A stretch of 64,000 bases of DNA, taken from Psammoneis japonica. Taxonomy: Eukaryota. The position numbers and the translations under genes are program-made. Below the pieces are notes generated by a model, which ran no database searches, had not been told where the DNA came from, and was given only the letters and a program-made list of their open reading frames with translations. How positions within the stretch are numbered: the stretch's first letter is position 1; every line of letters starts with the position of its first letter. The stretch is taken from positions 248,001-312,000 of the forward strand of contig QPGO01000079.1 of assembly GCA_008632985.1 (NCBI GenBank), in the 5' to 3' direction. This document shows, in pieces, positions 13,601 through 24,366 of this stretch.

Positions 13601-14182
13601 CAAGAAACATGACCATGTTTACAAAGCCTTGGACATGATTCTCCAACAGCACAACATGGCCCCATTTGAGATTCAAGGACATGCTGGCAGAAGTTGCAAA
13701 TGGCATGAACATCTGGAGCTTGTCTCTGCAAATGCCAAGGACCATGTTCCCAAAGTTGAGCAAAGCATTCAGACCACAAAGCAGTGAACCCATGCCACTG
13801 CACTCACTCTTGCACAAGTGTCGCACCCCCTCTGCCCCACTGTTGAAAATGTTGAGTCCAAGACTTGATGTGCTTGACATTGTGGAGGTGGGCAAAGATG
13901 AAAATGACTCCTGGGGCTCTCATCTAGAGCTCGTGTTCAGCCCTGAGTTTGGCAGCTGATTGTGTGTTGCCTCAACAAAGGTGTTGGATGCCTTCAATCC
14001 AGTCACTCCAAAAAAAGCAGTGCTCTTCTTGGCAGAGAAAAAATCAGCTGTGTCGGCATCCAGAAAATTTCTTCAGAGCAGTTGTCCCTGCCTGCCATCA
14101 GCGACATTGAAGTGCAGACACCAATGGAGCAAAGCCACAAGTTCCAGATGAAGCCACCACCACTGGCTTGAACCCAACCAAG

Positions 14183-14470
14183 AAAAGTCAAAGACAGGCT
14201 CAACAACTGGCACAGCTGAGTTGGAAAGTGATGACAGCAATCCATTTGTGGCAAATGGTGATTTTTTCTCTCCAGACACATGGCACTGTGCCAGCAAGTG
14301 CTTCTTGCTTGGCAGCGATGCAACAAACATGGTGCAACAAGAGGTCAAAGACAGGCTCAACAACCTGTGCAACTGAGCTGGAAAGCCAACATTCCATTTG
14401 TGGCAAGCATCAATTTTTCTCTGCCAGCATGCTGCGGTGCACCAGCAAGTGCTCCTTGCTTGGCGCCACC
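14183..14470 (+). repeat. Second array of the about 155-bp unit
   Basis: gtcaaagacaggctcaacaac at about 14187 and 14344; cttcttgcttggcagc shared with the 8.5-kb array. Confidence 0.75.
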
Positions 14471-15793
14471 AGCGGCGCAACAAATGTGGTGTGCACACTG
14501 TCAAATCCCTGTGTGCAGTCCCGCTCACATCCAATTGACCACCCATGTTTTCAAACTCATTCTTGCAAAAGATGCCTTCCTTCACAAGGGTGCACAATGA
14601 GTTCTTTGTCACAGGTCTGCAACCAAGTGAACATTTTCCAACACAGGACAGGTGTGTGTTGCTCTGTGCAATGTGCCACAATGCATGAATGATGCTCTGC
14701 TTGTGGTGCGCATTGCATCTGAGTGTCCATGCCAATTCACACATGCAGCATGTGCCACACACACTGCACCACCCCTGTGCAAGGGCTGCTGTGGGATGCA
14801 GGTGGGTGTGGTGTGTGATGACATCATCACATGCATTGAGTTGCAAATGTTCACATTTGCACTGACAATTGCATGTTGTCAAGCAACAGCTCCCATCCCA
14901 CAGCACCCCTGAATCTCTGACCACCAAACACTGACCCCAGCACTTGACCATTTTTCAGCCATTCTCACACCACCCAAACAACACATGTCACATCAACTCC
15001 ACCATGATGACATCTCCTTCTTTGTCACCAACAACTTGCCAGGACTCCATTCCTGCTGATGTTGTTGACATTGACACTGCTGCAAGAGGCAAGGATGTCG
15101 CTCCGGTTGTTGCACACCTTGTGCACCCCAAACAAGAATGTGCAAACCCGCCCACGCTGTCACTGCACCCATTGTGGAGGATGATGCCATTGCTCCGGTT
15201 GTCGTAACCCAGCCACAGACGCATTGCAATCCAGAAGATGTCAACATTTTTCTCCTGATGCAACACCTGGCACACAGTCTCAAGGCTGCAATTGGTCCAC
15301 CCTGGTCACAGCGTTGCCTGAACAACTTTCTTCTGAGCGTGTGCATCTGTTGTTGTGGCACTGCATTGGCTTGCCCTGTTTTCTGAGATGTTGCACACTG
15401 TGGCACAATGACGCAGTTTGCGGTGATCCAGTGTGGGGCAATGCCAACCACTGGAGCCACTTGGAGTGCTGGCAAAACAACAACTGCTTTCTCATTGTGC
15501 TCACTTTCTACAGTCGTCAAAAGCATTTCTGACAATTTCCCAAAACAAGGTGACCATCTTGCTTTTGTTCCCCTTGCGTTCACAGAGGCCCAAGCACTTG
15601 GTGCTTGCTGCCCAACCATCCTGTTCTGCTGGATCTTCAAAGCAGTGGGGAAACCCAGGACATGCTTGCAGAACTGTCTTGACAGGTGACTGGAAATTGT
15701 TTGTTGATCAAAAAGTGCTCGGCCCTTTCTCATCCGAGGAAGTAAACTGGGTGGTTGTCAGGCAGAAAATGTCTGGCGACAAGGCATGTCAGC

Positions 15794-16524
15794 TGACAGG
15801 ATTTGAACAGGATTTGGGTGCGTGCGAAATGTCGCGTGCTGTTTAGTTCACCGCGCACAGTTTTGTGCGCTCTTTAGTTCCGCGCGCACGCGTGCGATGC
15901 AGTTTGCTTTCAAGCCACACGGCTCACAAGAATGACAACAGCAGCCCGATCACACTGACTTGCACGTCTTTTGGCTCCTGTGACGGTCTCTGAGCGGAGA
16001 CTCATCTGCCATTTAGACAGCAGTGAGGAGTTGTTGTTTGAATTCTTGCCATTTGCCTTCAATTTCTGTCAGACATTGCGTGCGTGAGGCGATTGCCTCT
16101 GGTTGCCTTGAGTTCCACTTCATCAAAGGCTCCCGCAACCCTGCTGACATCCTCAGCAAGCATTGGGGTTGCTCCCAAATCTGGGACCTTCTCCGTCCCC
16201 TCATGTTTTGGAACTTCGTTCCATCCGAAGTCGAACCTGTTTCTGTGACTCCTCAAGCAAACTGGGGAGTGACAGGATTTGAACAGGATTTGGGTGCGCG
16301 CAAAAATGCACAGTTTTGTGTGCTCTTTAGTTCCGCGCACACGCGCGCGATGCAGTTTGCTTTTGAGCCACACGGCTCACAAGAATGACAACAGCAGCCC
16401 GATTGTGCCGACTTGCATGTCTTTCGGCTCCTGTGACGGTCTCTGAGTGGAGACTCATCTGCTGTTTAGACAGCAGCAAGGAGTTGTTGTTTGAATTCTT
16501 GCCGTTTGCCTTCAATTTCTGTCA
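15794..16524 (+). mobile_element. Miniature, internally deleted Copia element: two LTRs around an RNase H tail
   Basis: LTR1 15794-16071 and LTR2 16270-16524, both TGACAG...CTGTCA. 5-bp target-site duplication TCAGC (15789-15793, 16525-16529). Purine tract GGGGAG before LTR2. Internal part encodes HCVREAIASG...NPADILSKHWGCSQIWDLLRPLMFW. Confidence 0.93.
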
Positions 16525-17853
16525 TCAGCAAGAGAGATGTGGGCGGCAGTGAGGAGCAAGCTCAAGAGAGTGCACAACACATCAAATGCACCCATGCCAC
16601 TTGCTTCTCACTGGATTGACCATCATGCACAGTTGGTTTTGAGTTGATGAGAGCCAAAGCCCCTTGTCAGGATCAAAGATTTGTTTGCTTGCAAGTTGGA
16701 GCAATTCCCTGGTTGCACTGCTGGCATCAATGACAGGCTTGCCCAAGAGCTCAATCCGCCACAGCCACAGAAACATCCCCACCTGTCAAAACAGGTGCAG
16801 CAGTGTCAGCATTGGGTGCACCAATCCTGTGAAAGGCTGGCAATGTGCCAGCATTCATGACAGCATCTGTGGCAGGCTCTGCCACATCAGAAAAACAGCG
16901 TCAGTTTGCAGCACATCATTTTGGCTGTTTTTGGCATGAGAGAGGCAAAGCAACAACATTGTTGCCTCTTGCATCAGGTGCACTGGGAACAGCATCAGGT
17001 GTGGTGCTTGCGGGACATGGAGCCATGGCATTGTCATTCACAACAGAAGCTGTGGCAGGCACTGGAGTGTGAGAAACAGAGTGTCCGTGAATGAGCTCTA
17101 ATTTTGGAAGCAGCACCAGGTGCACGATGGCCACAGAAATGACATCACCTGATGCGCCAGTGTCATCATTGTCAGCATCAATGGGTGCCGCATTGTGGTG
17201 AGGTGTTGATGATGAATCACTTGACATCATCATGGTGGACTTCTGTTGGCGCCTTTTTTTGTGTGTTGCACGAGGAGAGAGGGAAAAATGGTCAAGTGCT
17301 GGCTGTCAGTGTTTGGTGGCCAGAGAATTGGGGGAGAGTGTGGATCAGGATTTTCCCTGATGCTCATGAGCATTTGTGTGCAAACAATGCAAAATTTCGT
17401 GAAATGACAGCATGCCACTCTTCCCTTGCACGCACATGTTTGACGGGTGGACAGACAAATTGCTGTGGCCGCCTTCAGAATCCGTTTTTCTTTGTCACGG
17501 CACAACCATGGGCCGCTCCGACAACACTGTCTTGTGAACGCCGCTGTTGAACAATTGCTCGAATCTACCCGACACTACTCACGCTCGTGACAACAAACAA
17601 GGGGAGCGTTTGTTGCATCAAGCAACATCCGGTTTTGGCCGCTTGCAATGGGCTCAGACTCCTCTTGCATTGACTGCGGTTTTTCTGTCTCGTGCCGCTC
17701 GCTCGCGGTCCAACCCATCACCTTCACTGGACGACTCATGTCTCCCTTTCCAATGCAAGCAGCTTGTCACCACTGGCGCTTGTGTTTGGCCTCTCCATCC
17801 TCTGCCTGCTGCAGTGGCATGCTTCCTGACACCTCGTGCTGCTGACAGCAACT

Positions 17854-20814
17854 GTGACAATCGAGAACGTGTGTGTTGATGTTCTGCACCGGCCAGAGTT
17901 TGACCTTGTTGATGACAAGCCGATGAACAATCAAGCAGAGCTGAGAGGAGAAAGTGTTGCAGTTGACATGTCCACACCACCGTGCAAGATTCTCATTGAT
18001 CCCACAGCTGCCAGGCAAGTCCATTCATCGCCCAAGATGCCTGTTGCCCAAGCTGCTAAACTGTTGGTGCGGCGACATGAGAGACTCTACAAAGCCAATG
18101 GTGTTGAAGCTGTGTGCACATTTGATGGCATGCACAATCCACTCAAATGGCAAACGGATGCCAAGCGCAAGGCCAGGAAAAAGCCAATTGAGGACAGAAT
18201 GTCATTTCTTCTTAAACAGAACAAACCTGAACAAGACCGCCTCGAGGTGCTGAACAAAAGGAAGAGTGTCGTTTGTCCTCAAGGAGACATCATGCTTCTG
18301 ATCAAGAAGGTGTTTGACCAAGAAGGAATGCCTCATGTTCAAGCTGCAGTTGAAGCTGAAGCACAGTGTGTGGAGATGCAAAATTCTGGGATCGTTGGAT
18401 GCATGGAATCCAAGGATGGTGACGTGCATGGGTGCAATTGCAAGAAATGGATCACAAACTTGAACCCCTTCAATGGCGACTGCTGCATCTTGGCAGCTTC
18501 TCAAATTGATGCTCGTGAGTGTGCGGGTGGTGGGCGCTGGAAGGATCACAAGCATGCTGCTCCTGCTTTTCAGAGCTGCGACTGCAATGTGAAGCCACAC
18601 AGTTTGCCGTTTGCCAAAACGATGGATGGATGCATCGCTGCCACAGATGAGAAAAAGCACCTCGAGGACATTGAGACCAATTTTAAGTGGCCGCCAAAAG
18701 CTCATGGTGCTGATGACAGAGGGCAGCCTGCAAAAGGATTCGCGTTGGAAGCCGGGCACACCATGAACATGTTCCTTGGTCACCCAGTCTTTTGGCTGTT
18801 GCCAAAGGAAGGTTTGGATAAAATTGATTTGTCAAAACTGCCAAGCAAGGATGCGCATGGCAGCATTGAGCTTGTGCCATCATGTGATTGCCCCCAATTT
18901 TCTGAGGATGGTGGCGAGGGATGGGGAAGATGCCTGGGATGCGACAAGTCACCGGCGGCTGTGCTCGGAGACATTCTACACAGCAATGGCATGGACAATT
19001 CTGACTGCTGTCCCTTGCTCTCAATGGAAATGTGGGCAAGGGGAGGAAAGCCACTTGAGCGAGAGGCAATTCCATGTCCTCAACACGACAACCGACACAT
19101 GATCAGCCACCTGGCAGAGCTCAACGTTGATCCAGACAAAGGCGGTGTTCCTCTCGGATTCCTTGATGTTGACCACATGAGAGCTTTTTTGCAGGAGCGG
19201 CGAAGCCTGCCACCATCTCATGCCGGGACCATCCCAAGTGCTCATCTTGAGGAAGCAGCGCGGGCCACTCCAGACAAAATGAAATGACCAAACGGTTTGC
19301 AGCTGGTGCCACGATCCTTGTCAGAGTCATGAAAAGATTCGGGAACTTTTTCTGTTGAGCAGGTGATGCTGCCTCCAGCAGGGCAACAGCGGCAGTGGGA
19401 TCATGAAAATGTCATGCAAAGAGTGCGAGGAGCAATGAAAATTGATGACAAATCCATCAACAACATGACACATCGGAAGAAGTGAGGTGGCGCAAGGTGC
19501 TGTGCTTGCCGACGCATTGATGGTGGCAACTGCAATGTCAACACATTCTCTGTGACAGAGGGAAGGCACAGGGAGACAAGACGCAGCGTTGTTCTCTTTC
19601 GCATGCTTGTGACCCCATCCCAGAAGTCGGACCCATGTTGGGCACATGTCGCATTTGACAAGGAGACAGGAGACTGTGTTCCATGTCCTGGATCGAGGTG
19701 TGAGTGCCCCGTGGTGGATGGGTGTTCCCACACCCTTGCTTTTCTTGGAGGTCCGATTTGCTTGGCGCAAACGAATGTCGAATGGACCGTGGACACTCTT
19801 GCTGAAGCAATGCTGGAGTCCATCAAGCCACACCAGTCATGTCCCATCCCTTTTGAGGCTGGAGCTTTTGAGTCTAGCAAAGTAGAGAAGGAGGTAAAAG
19901 CTGAGGGAAGAGCCACTCTGGCATTCCATGAGACCCATGGTTCCAGAGAAAGGGACAACGAAGACGAAAATGTTGAGACGGCGGCACAAAATGAAGAAGA
20001 TGATGATGGAACTCCCACAACACAAATGTGCGCCAACACAGAGGTCATGGTTGCAAAGGCTAAAAAGAGGGCCGAACTGACAGAGACTGAGCGAGATTTT
20101 GCTCATTGGGTTGCATTGGACAAGATGCGAGCCATGAACAAGGAAAAGCTTGAAGGCAAGGGCGGGCCAAATGAGTCTCTCGACTCAAAGCATGAACAAT
20201 TAGAGATGCTTGAGTGCCTGCATCAAGAAGTGAAGGTGGGAAACCTGCCACGGATGCTCCTCTCTCACTGCGCAGAAATTTCAAAGCCTTGCCATGATTG
20301 TTTGTTGAAGCAGCTGCCGCACGTGAAGGACCCATCCACAGTCCGCCAAAAACACCGTCTGCCAAAAATTGAAGAAGACGATCAAGCATGCGGCGACAAG
20401 AATTTCAACAATGCATCTTGCTTGCATCCCAATGGCAATGAGATGATCTGCCCAAAACACCTTGTTGGGAAGCACTGTGACATTGCTGAGGTGCGTGAGG
20501 ATGAAGGAATCAAATCGCTTCGATGGTCAAGTGAAGGTGTCTTCACGTGAGCAATTGATGATGCCCATGTTCAAGATGTCACAACCAGCGGTCATTTCCC
20601 TTGTCTGCATCATGCTGTCAACTGCTCTCAAGGGCGCACCAATCTCTGTGCCCCATGCCACGCCCCTGATCCAAACCTGCATCCAGCTGACAAATCTCAC
20701 TTTGTCGACTTTGAAGAAAAGAAATTGGCAGCTCGAAAGAGGAAAGAAAAAGCTCGGGATAACAGAGCAAAGAAGAAGGAGGCAGATTTACAAAATGTCA
20801 CAAAGGAAAATTAG
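17854..20814 (+). pseudogene. Transposon ORF: XPG/EXO1-family nuclease + SWIM finger + putative C-terminal half of a DDE transposase
   Basis: One reading frame broken only by a few TGA codons. Motifs: LRGESVAVDMS, TFDGMHNPLK, AAVEAEAQC, SKDGD, SCDC (GCDY-like), RCECPVVDGCSH, then RLPKI..GDKNF..PNGN..P..L.G..EV..D..I..LRWSSEGVF. Ends in TAG. Probable start ATG now reads GTG (ctATG->ctGTG). Confidence 0.78.
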
Positions 20815-20884
20815 TCCAGCTGACTGCCTCTCGTGTTTTGTGTTGCATGTGTGTTTGCTTCTTCTATTGTCAACACTGACATGG

Positions 20885-22560
20885 TTAGTGTGGCTCGTTG
20901 GCAAACAAAATTTGGTTTGCATCAACTGTTCCCCACAATTCTGTCAATCTGTTCTCAGGGCATCGTCCAAAGCAGAGCCCTGTGTGCTCAAACACTGAAC
21001 CAGTGGGAGCCAACCATGTCATTGTAAGCCCGTCACTCGAATCCGTCTTCTCATTGTACAGCAACCGATCAAGAGCAGCACAGACTCGAACTGTGTCTGT
21101 CACAAACATTTTGCCATCCACGACCGCCGCGATTTTTTCATGGCCTTTCTCCCCAAATGTTTTTGGCACCGCAGTTGTGATGTAAGAGGTGCATTGAGGT
21201 GGATTGCTTGTGGTTGAGTGTGGAACGTTGTCACTTGATGCAACGTCTTCTGGCAGGCAATCGTCCATGAAGTCCAAATCGAGCATGGACATGTAAAGCC
21301 CTGCTTTTCCAAGGCAAGGCATCCACATCTGTGCTGTCCGTGGAAACCAGCTGTTGCCTTCACGATGCCATGTCGACCCCAAAGTTGCCACCCGACAATC
21401 CCGGTGCACCGTCATTGTGCATGTCAGCACCTCTTTGACCGCCGTGAATTGCTCCTTTCCCTTGCCGTGTCTTTCCTCTACATCAGGAAACCAAACCTTT
21501 GTGATGCAGCAGATGGCTTCCTCAAATGTCCCCAATCCCCAAAGATGCTTTGCCATTTTGTCATGATCCTCGTGCCACTTGCCGCTCATCAGATTCTCCC
21601 TGCTAAGTCCACCCATCGCTTCAATCTCATCCTCCCGCTCCAAGCACACTTTCAACTTTTGAGCCTTGTCTGCTGGCTCTGATGACAGTTTGTCAGCTTT
21701 TTTCAATGCAATTTGAAGCAACTCATTCACATGCTCAAGCTCTGCTCGCAAGCTGACATTCTCCTTTCCTGCTCTATCTGGATCAAATGCGGGGCGTGCC
21801 TCTGTGCTGCTGCAACTTTTCGGACCATTGGCGGTGGACGAGGCAAGTCTCTTGCATTGTCATCCTCATCAAGACATGCTCCAATGGGGTCCAATGATGT
21901 GCGGGCTGACTTTGCATCTCGTGGATAATCTTTCTTGGTGCAGTTCAGTGCCGGGCAGCATGACATTTTTCCATTGCTCCGATCTCTTGCGTCACTTTTG
22001 TGAAAGCACAACAATTCTCCCGTCTCACAGTCCACATTTTCCAAGGGGCCTTTGTTGTCCTCTTTTAAAATGGCAGGATGGAAATGATTGAATCCAATGC
22101 ATTCACAATTGCCAGTGGGTTCCGGTGGCACACAAGAGTTCCCAACAAGATGCCGACACGCCACGACTCTCATGTCATTGTCACTGACACTGCCACCTCC
22201 ACATGGCCTTCTTTTGCTGGCACATGGAAGGTGGCAGCAACCACACCTTTTTTGTCACCAGCATCAATGAAGTCCTTTGTGCTTTGCTTGCACTCTTCCT
22301 TGTCACGGCAGATGCATGGGCAGAGCCGCACACCTTTGCAATGGTTTCTCTGGGGATCTCGCTTGCGTTTGGGAGGCGACGTCGCGCGGACGATTCTTCC
22401 GTCATTGCTGCAGCAGGCAGAGGAATGCCAAAGCTTGTAGATGTGCCAGTGGTGACGGGCTCCTGTCGACGGCAACGGAGACACACGTCTTCGAGTGGGT
22501 GTGATGGGCCGAGCTGTGACGGGAGCTGAAGAGAAGAAAAATGGGTTGATGCCGGTGCTG
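20885..22560 (-). pseudogene. Transposon ORF: THAP-like finger + coiled coil/HTH + N-terminal half of a DDE_Tnp_4-type transposase (frameshifted)
   Basis: CPCICRDKEEC..FHVP..HFHP, then AVVDGKMFVTDTVR..LYNEKT..LTMTWLAPTGSVFEHTGLCFGRCPENRLTELWG. Ends in TAA soon after, before the second catalytic Asp. Start position uncertain. Confidence 0.72.
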
Positions 22561-22889
22561 CCTGTGCCCGTGGAAAGGGCACACAACAAAGGATGTGACT
22601 TGCCGGATGTAAGGCTCTTACAGCAGTTTCTGTTGTTAATAGCGCCAGTGGTGTCAGGGAGAGTAAGCTTCTTGTTGAACAGTGGCAATGTCAAAAGAGG
22701 AGGTCGTCAGAGGCAATTCAGCGTCCGGGTCACGTCTGTGCATGCCGGCACATGCCATCGCCGGCCGGCCAGGCGCCAGGACTACTGTACGTACGTCAAC
22801 CGCATGACCGCGAGTGCGTCGGGCGGGCGTCGATCGACAGGGTTTTCACGGAAAAATTCAAGTCAGAAGTATAAAAAACATACCAGAGC

Positions 22890-23058
22890 CTACGCCACTA
22901 GTGGCGTAGAATGGTTCAGGGTGTACACAAATTTTGTACCACAGTGGCGTACGTGATTTTGATATAAGATTCTACATGCGCCTAGTGGCGTAGACCCAGT
23001 ACAAAAGCAATAAATTTTTGAAGTTTTGTGGCGTACAAAGTCAGTATGTTGTGGCGTA
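22890..23058. repeat. Subterminal GTGGCGTA repeat array with a perfect 20-bp palindrome
   Basis: CTACGCCACTAGTGGCGTAG at 22890-22909; GTGGCGTA at 22901, 22944, 22985, 23028 and 23051. Confidence 0.9.
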
Positions 23059-24366
23059 GATTCGACATCAACAAGACTTCGCGCAACACTCGCAACAACC
23101 AAGACAACAGAAAACCGCTCGCAAAATCTCGCTCCCACTTTACACGTTGCAGCTGATGTGGTGTTGTTCATTCGTCTCACTCGTTTTCATCGTGGAACCT
23201 CCTGATGACACAGGGTGTCTTTCAGGTGTGTGCATCGGTCTGATTGCCCCCCCCTCTTTGGGCAAGAATGGGGTGTGTGGTTTGCTTCTTGAAGACACCA
23301 GACCAGAGCCACAAGGAGCTTGCAGTGGAGAGCTGGCAAGCAAAGCACTGGGCTGCGCCACAAGGCACTGGCTGATGGGACAGCATTGGGCAAGCACAAC
23401 TGCAAGCATTTTCCTGAGGGCACTTTGCACCACATGTGACAAAGCCAGAAACATGGACTGAGAAACACAGACAGAGCCAGGTTTTGCTCAGCTGGCCACC
23501 CAGAATTCAAGCAGGGGTGCAGCCGGAATGAAGAAGGCTGCAGGTCAATTTGAGGTCCCAGTGGGAACTTGCTTTGCATGTTTGTTAATAGCCTGCTGCA
23601 GAAGCTGTGGCTGCACTGGAAACCCAAAGGTGGCGGTGCGTGATGGGGTGGATCTTGCAAATTCTCTCAAGATTTTGTGATGCATGGGGCCAAAATTTGG
23701 GTGCAGCATCCACAGATGCTTTGGGAGAGATGCTGTGAATTCGTCAAGGCAGGCACTTCTGACAGCATGGGTGGGGAAGGCCAGTGCTTGTTGCCAGGGA
23801 TCTTTGTGAAGATCTTTTAAAGAGGATGACACTGCGTTCTCTCACTTGGAAACTTCAGAGAATTGTTTGGACACAGCGTGGGGCCAAACCCGCCAAAGTG
23901 TGCACTGAATTTTGGAGAACAAAGAAGACACAGATCAGCGGCAGTGGCCACCAAGCTGGCAGGGCAAGGCTTGGAAAACAAGCTGCCCAAAAAGCCATGA
24001 TGGGCTGGCAGCAAAGCACTCCTCACAAAAGATGCCGCTGTCAAGCTGTGCCACAGACTGCACAACTCCACAGTTCTCCAGCACGCTGTGGGAGCTTTGC
24101 TGCCAAGCATGTAAAACCGCAGCACCTCAAGTCACAGACAAGCTGCTTTGCAGGCAGAAGCCCAGCCAAGGGCCGCAAGTTGACAGCCCCACAGCGTCTT
24201 CTCTTTTTCTCCTTTTTCCTTCTTTTCCTCTCTCTCTTCTCCTTTTCTCCTTTTCAGTTTATTCTTCTGGGCCGCCTCCGGCGGCCACCTCTTTCATTCT
24301 TCCCACATGCCGAAATCTCGTTGAAGGTCGACAGAAGAATTAGAAGACAGAAAATCGGAACAAACC

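Larger units (their letters stand above)
17559..23065. mobile_element. ISL2EU/PIF-Harbinger-like DNA transposon with two convergent ORFs, degenerate
   Basis: Perfect 10-bp inverted repeat TCGAATCTAC (17559-17568) / GTAGATTCGA (23056-23065), subterminal GTGGCGTA repeats, DDE_Tnp_4-type, THAP-like and SWIM motifs inside. Exact ends and TSD uncertain. Confidence 0.7.

Noticed and set aside
14500..15790. Ulp1-like peptidase relic (NANHWS) of another transposon, probably continuing to about 17500
   Set aside because: Only one weak motif; cannot be supported without a profile search.
5360..22780. Classical fungal RIP
   Set aside because: RIP raises TpA and lowers CpA/TpG; the opposite is observed.
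23180..24290. Second CRE-like retroelement fragment on the minus strand (FLPKEGGAIRP, HFGGFGP)
   Set aside because: Motifs are short and not in a convincing order. Left as unidentified TpA-depleted sequence.
4900..24300. Dense overlapping Cys/His/Gln/Trp-rich ORFs in all six frames as real genes or an alternative genetic code
   Set aside because: Loss of TpA removes TAA/TAG stops and Tyr codons, which inflates spurious ORFs. Neighbouring real genes use the standard code.
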